NCBI GenBank assembly: GCA_964016885.1
Contig: OZ024740.1
Location: 345,836,001 to 345,900,000 of the forward strand
DNA length: 64,000 bases
Source of the DNA: Eledone cirrhosa
Taxonomy: Eukaryota
Direction: 5' to 3'
The position numbers were made by a program, and so were the translations under genes. The notes below the pieces were generated by a model. The model was not told the origin of the DNA and did not search any database. It was given only the letters and a program-made list of their open reading frames with translations. The first letter of the stretch is position 1; every line of letters begins with the position of its first letter. Shown here piece by piece: positions 61,485-64,000 of this stretch.

Positions 61485-61640
61485 TTACTATAGAAATGTT
61501 TCATTCGATGATGACTTCCTTCGAATGAAACTGTTCTAGTCTTGTAGAAGCAATTTCTATATTAAATATTGTATATACTCTATTCTGTATTGAGTACCTT
61601 ACTTACTGTGGTCACTCCCGTTTGAACCCAGGACCCCACG
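61485..61640 (+). repeat. Dispersed repeat with HHR 3' half and fold-back head; inverted relative at 40730-40860
   Basis: gaatGAAAc.gTTct.gtc.tgtagaa.gca.tttct.tattaaata.tg shared with the reverse complement of 40760-40830. Confidence 0.6.
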
Positions 61641-61729
61641 ATATATATATAGATATATATATATATCATAAATCACGTCCTTAGAATTATTAGATAAAAT
61701 ATATACAATTATATATACAACGATACCGT

Positions 61730-61762
<33 letters not shown>

Positions 61763-63916
61763 GTGAGGGTTTTTTACAAAATGAAAAATAACGGAGGTGT
61801 CCTACATGAGTGAAAGTATAAAGAAAAAAAGATAAAATCGAAAATGCAACTGGAGTCTTATTTTTAAAAATATATATATTTAATTTATATATATATATAT
61901 ATATATATAACGGTATCAACACTCTAACGTCAACAAACGTTTTATTGTTTTGCATACAAAAATATGCAAAACAATAAAAATCAAAATAAATCATGGACAA
62001 TCAATTGAAAAGGAAGGGCAACTCTCTGAGCTTCAAAAATATGACCCTTCACTACTGGTAGGTAAAAACCCATGACATTGTGTAGCGAAAGCACCTGCAA
62101 TTCTTCTTAGACAAGCTTTCCCTATTTCTGACTGAAGTATTAGACCGCTACCCATTAATATGGGACGAGAGCATTAAATCAAATGATAAAATTACAAGAA
62201 CAAATATTTGTAGAATAGCCGAGCGTGGTTGTGGGCAACATGTATTTCCTCATCACAAAATCATATCAGAATTATACGTTTATGATATGCGTGACAGCAA
62301 CAGAAAATGAATTGATCTTGTTGGGAATCACGTTTTTGTTTCCTTTGTCTCCACCCCTGAACGTATTCACCCCTTTTGCTGTAATTACCAAAATGTATGT
62401 GAACATACATATTATGTGTCTCGTTGTCAAATTGAAGAGATATTTATGTTTTGTTTTTAAAGTCTGTTATTTTATTTGCATAAATTCGGATGTCCGATTT
62501 ATTACTTTTTTTTTTCAAAATTGAGGCTGTTGTCGCTAGTCTCACTAATCTCTCTTTCACAAGCAAATATATGACCATTTATGTCTAAGATATAATGAAA
62601 TCAAGTTTTGCCATATTAAAAATACAATTACGGACAACGATAAAGATGAATATATTCTTTAACCAAAATAAAAGTTTTGAATTTATGTAGTAGATATTTG
62701 TTAGGACAACGAACGAAGAATATCCTTTTCATTATGTAAGGAAATGTGCCCAAACGAACTACAACAAATAATGGTAATTATTTGCATTTTATTCGTGAGA
62801 GCAGCATTATTTTATCGATCTCAGAATGTTGAAAAGTAAAGTTGACCACGATGAAATTTAAATTCAGAATGGAGCAAATACTGTAATGGATATAATATGG
62901 TGTTTCATGATTCACACAGTCCACCAAATCTCGGTCTATTTATTAGAAATTGCTCTCACACATCCCTAATATACAATCCAACGTGTCTTCTTAATAGATC
63001 ACATTACATAATATGGTCTAGATATACAGAGAGGAAAATAGAAAATAGACAAGATGGTAACGTCTTGTGTACCTTTCATCATAGATCTGTCAATCACTGT
63101 ACAATCACCTATATTATTTGGTTCACGTAAACTGCATTTAACGTTTTCAAAGTTTCAGTTATTTGAAAAACGAAACACAACAAAATATAAATAAATAAAA
63201 TAGACCAGAAGTAAAAAAAATAACTCTATTTCTCACAGTCAACATACTTTTTTCTTGTGGAGGAAATTTAGTCATCATTTCATGTGTTTCTTGATATTTT
63301 ATTTTACTTCCTTTATAGTAGTTTTTATTTCATTCCTTCATTCAGTCATTCAGTCTTCATTTATTCATTCATTCCTGTAAACACACTACATTGAATTCAG
63401 TTTATTCATTATGTGAAGAATGTCAATATTTATTTAATGCGCAGTTTTTAACAATGAATCTATTTTCGTTTTATTGTTTTCAATTAACTTCCTTTTAAAA
63501 CGGCCGTCAGCGCCATTTTGGTTGAAAGCAACATTTGTTTTCACATAAACACGTTTCCTTTATTATTATCTTTATTTTATTTAAATTTCCCTTTGTTGTT
63601 ATGAGGTGAGAAGTCTGCTTCCCCCTTTTTATAACTAGCTTTTTAATATGTCAACTAGTTTCCGCTATTTGCATATACTGTTTGTAAATATGCCGTTTCT
63701 TTTTGATATTCTGTGTTACTGCAAGCCATTGGACACGACGTGAATTCACTTCTTTACTATCAGCATCGGTTTATTTTACCCCCACATACGCAGGCCCGTA
63801 TTTATGCAAGCACAAGCACGTATACACATGCACACACACAAACACACACACACTAACTCACACATACATACACACACACAAACACACACATAAATGCACG
63901 CACAAACACACACACA

Positions 63917-64000
<84 letters not shown>

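Noticed and set aside
63505-63612. YY1-like CGCCATTTT and a downstream GTGAG donor as a host promoter/first exon
   Set aside because: Single short motifs without further support.

Overview
AT-rich eukaryotic (animal) genomic DNA with very dense (TA)n/(CA)n/(GA)n microsatellites and a 200-N gap. The tRNA-headed SINE family and microsatellite load resemble an octopus/cephalopod genome (recognised from memory, not verified). No intact host gene is supportable; nearly all listed ORFs are microsatellite artefacts or decayed retroelement pieces. The window holds at least six Penelope-like element (PLE) insertions (RT and/or GIY-YIG remnants), decayed RTE-like and R4/Dong-like LINEs, SINEs, and possible Helitron and piggyBac relics. 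The main hidden layer is RNA structure: by eye there are about 25 type I hammerhead ribozyme (HHR) motifs or relics from roughly a dozen unrelated repeat families, many with a palindromic helix III. The best item is a young 591-bp x3.8 non-coding tandem array (51168-53427), a retrozyme candidate. Each unit carries an HHR with a compensatory U3:A8 core (UUGAUAA rather than CUGANGA) and a large helix II insert. A second, unrelated U3:A8 HHR lies at 9644-9681, and a 487-bp retrozyme-like repeat at 20799-21813. Many insertions are inverted-arm structures anchored in (TA)n, and independent copies end at the same internal TA patches. All folds were paired by eye and none was computed.
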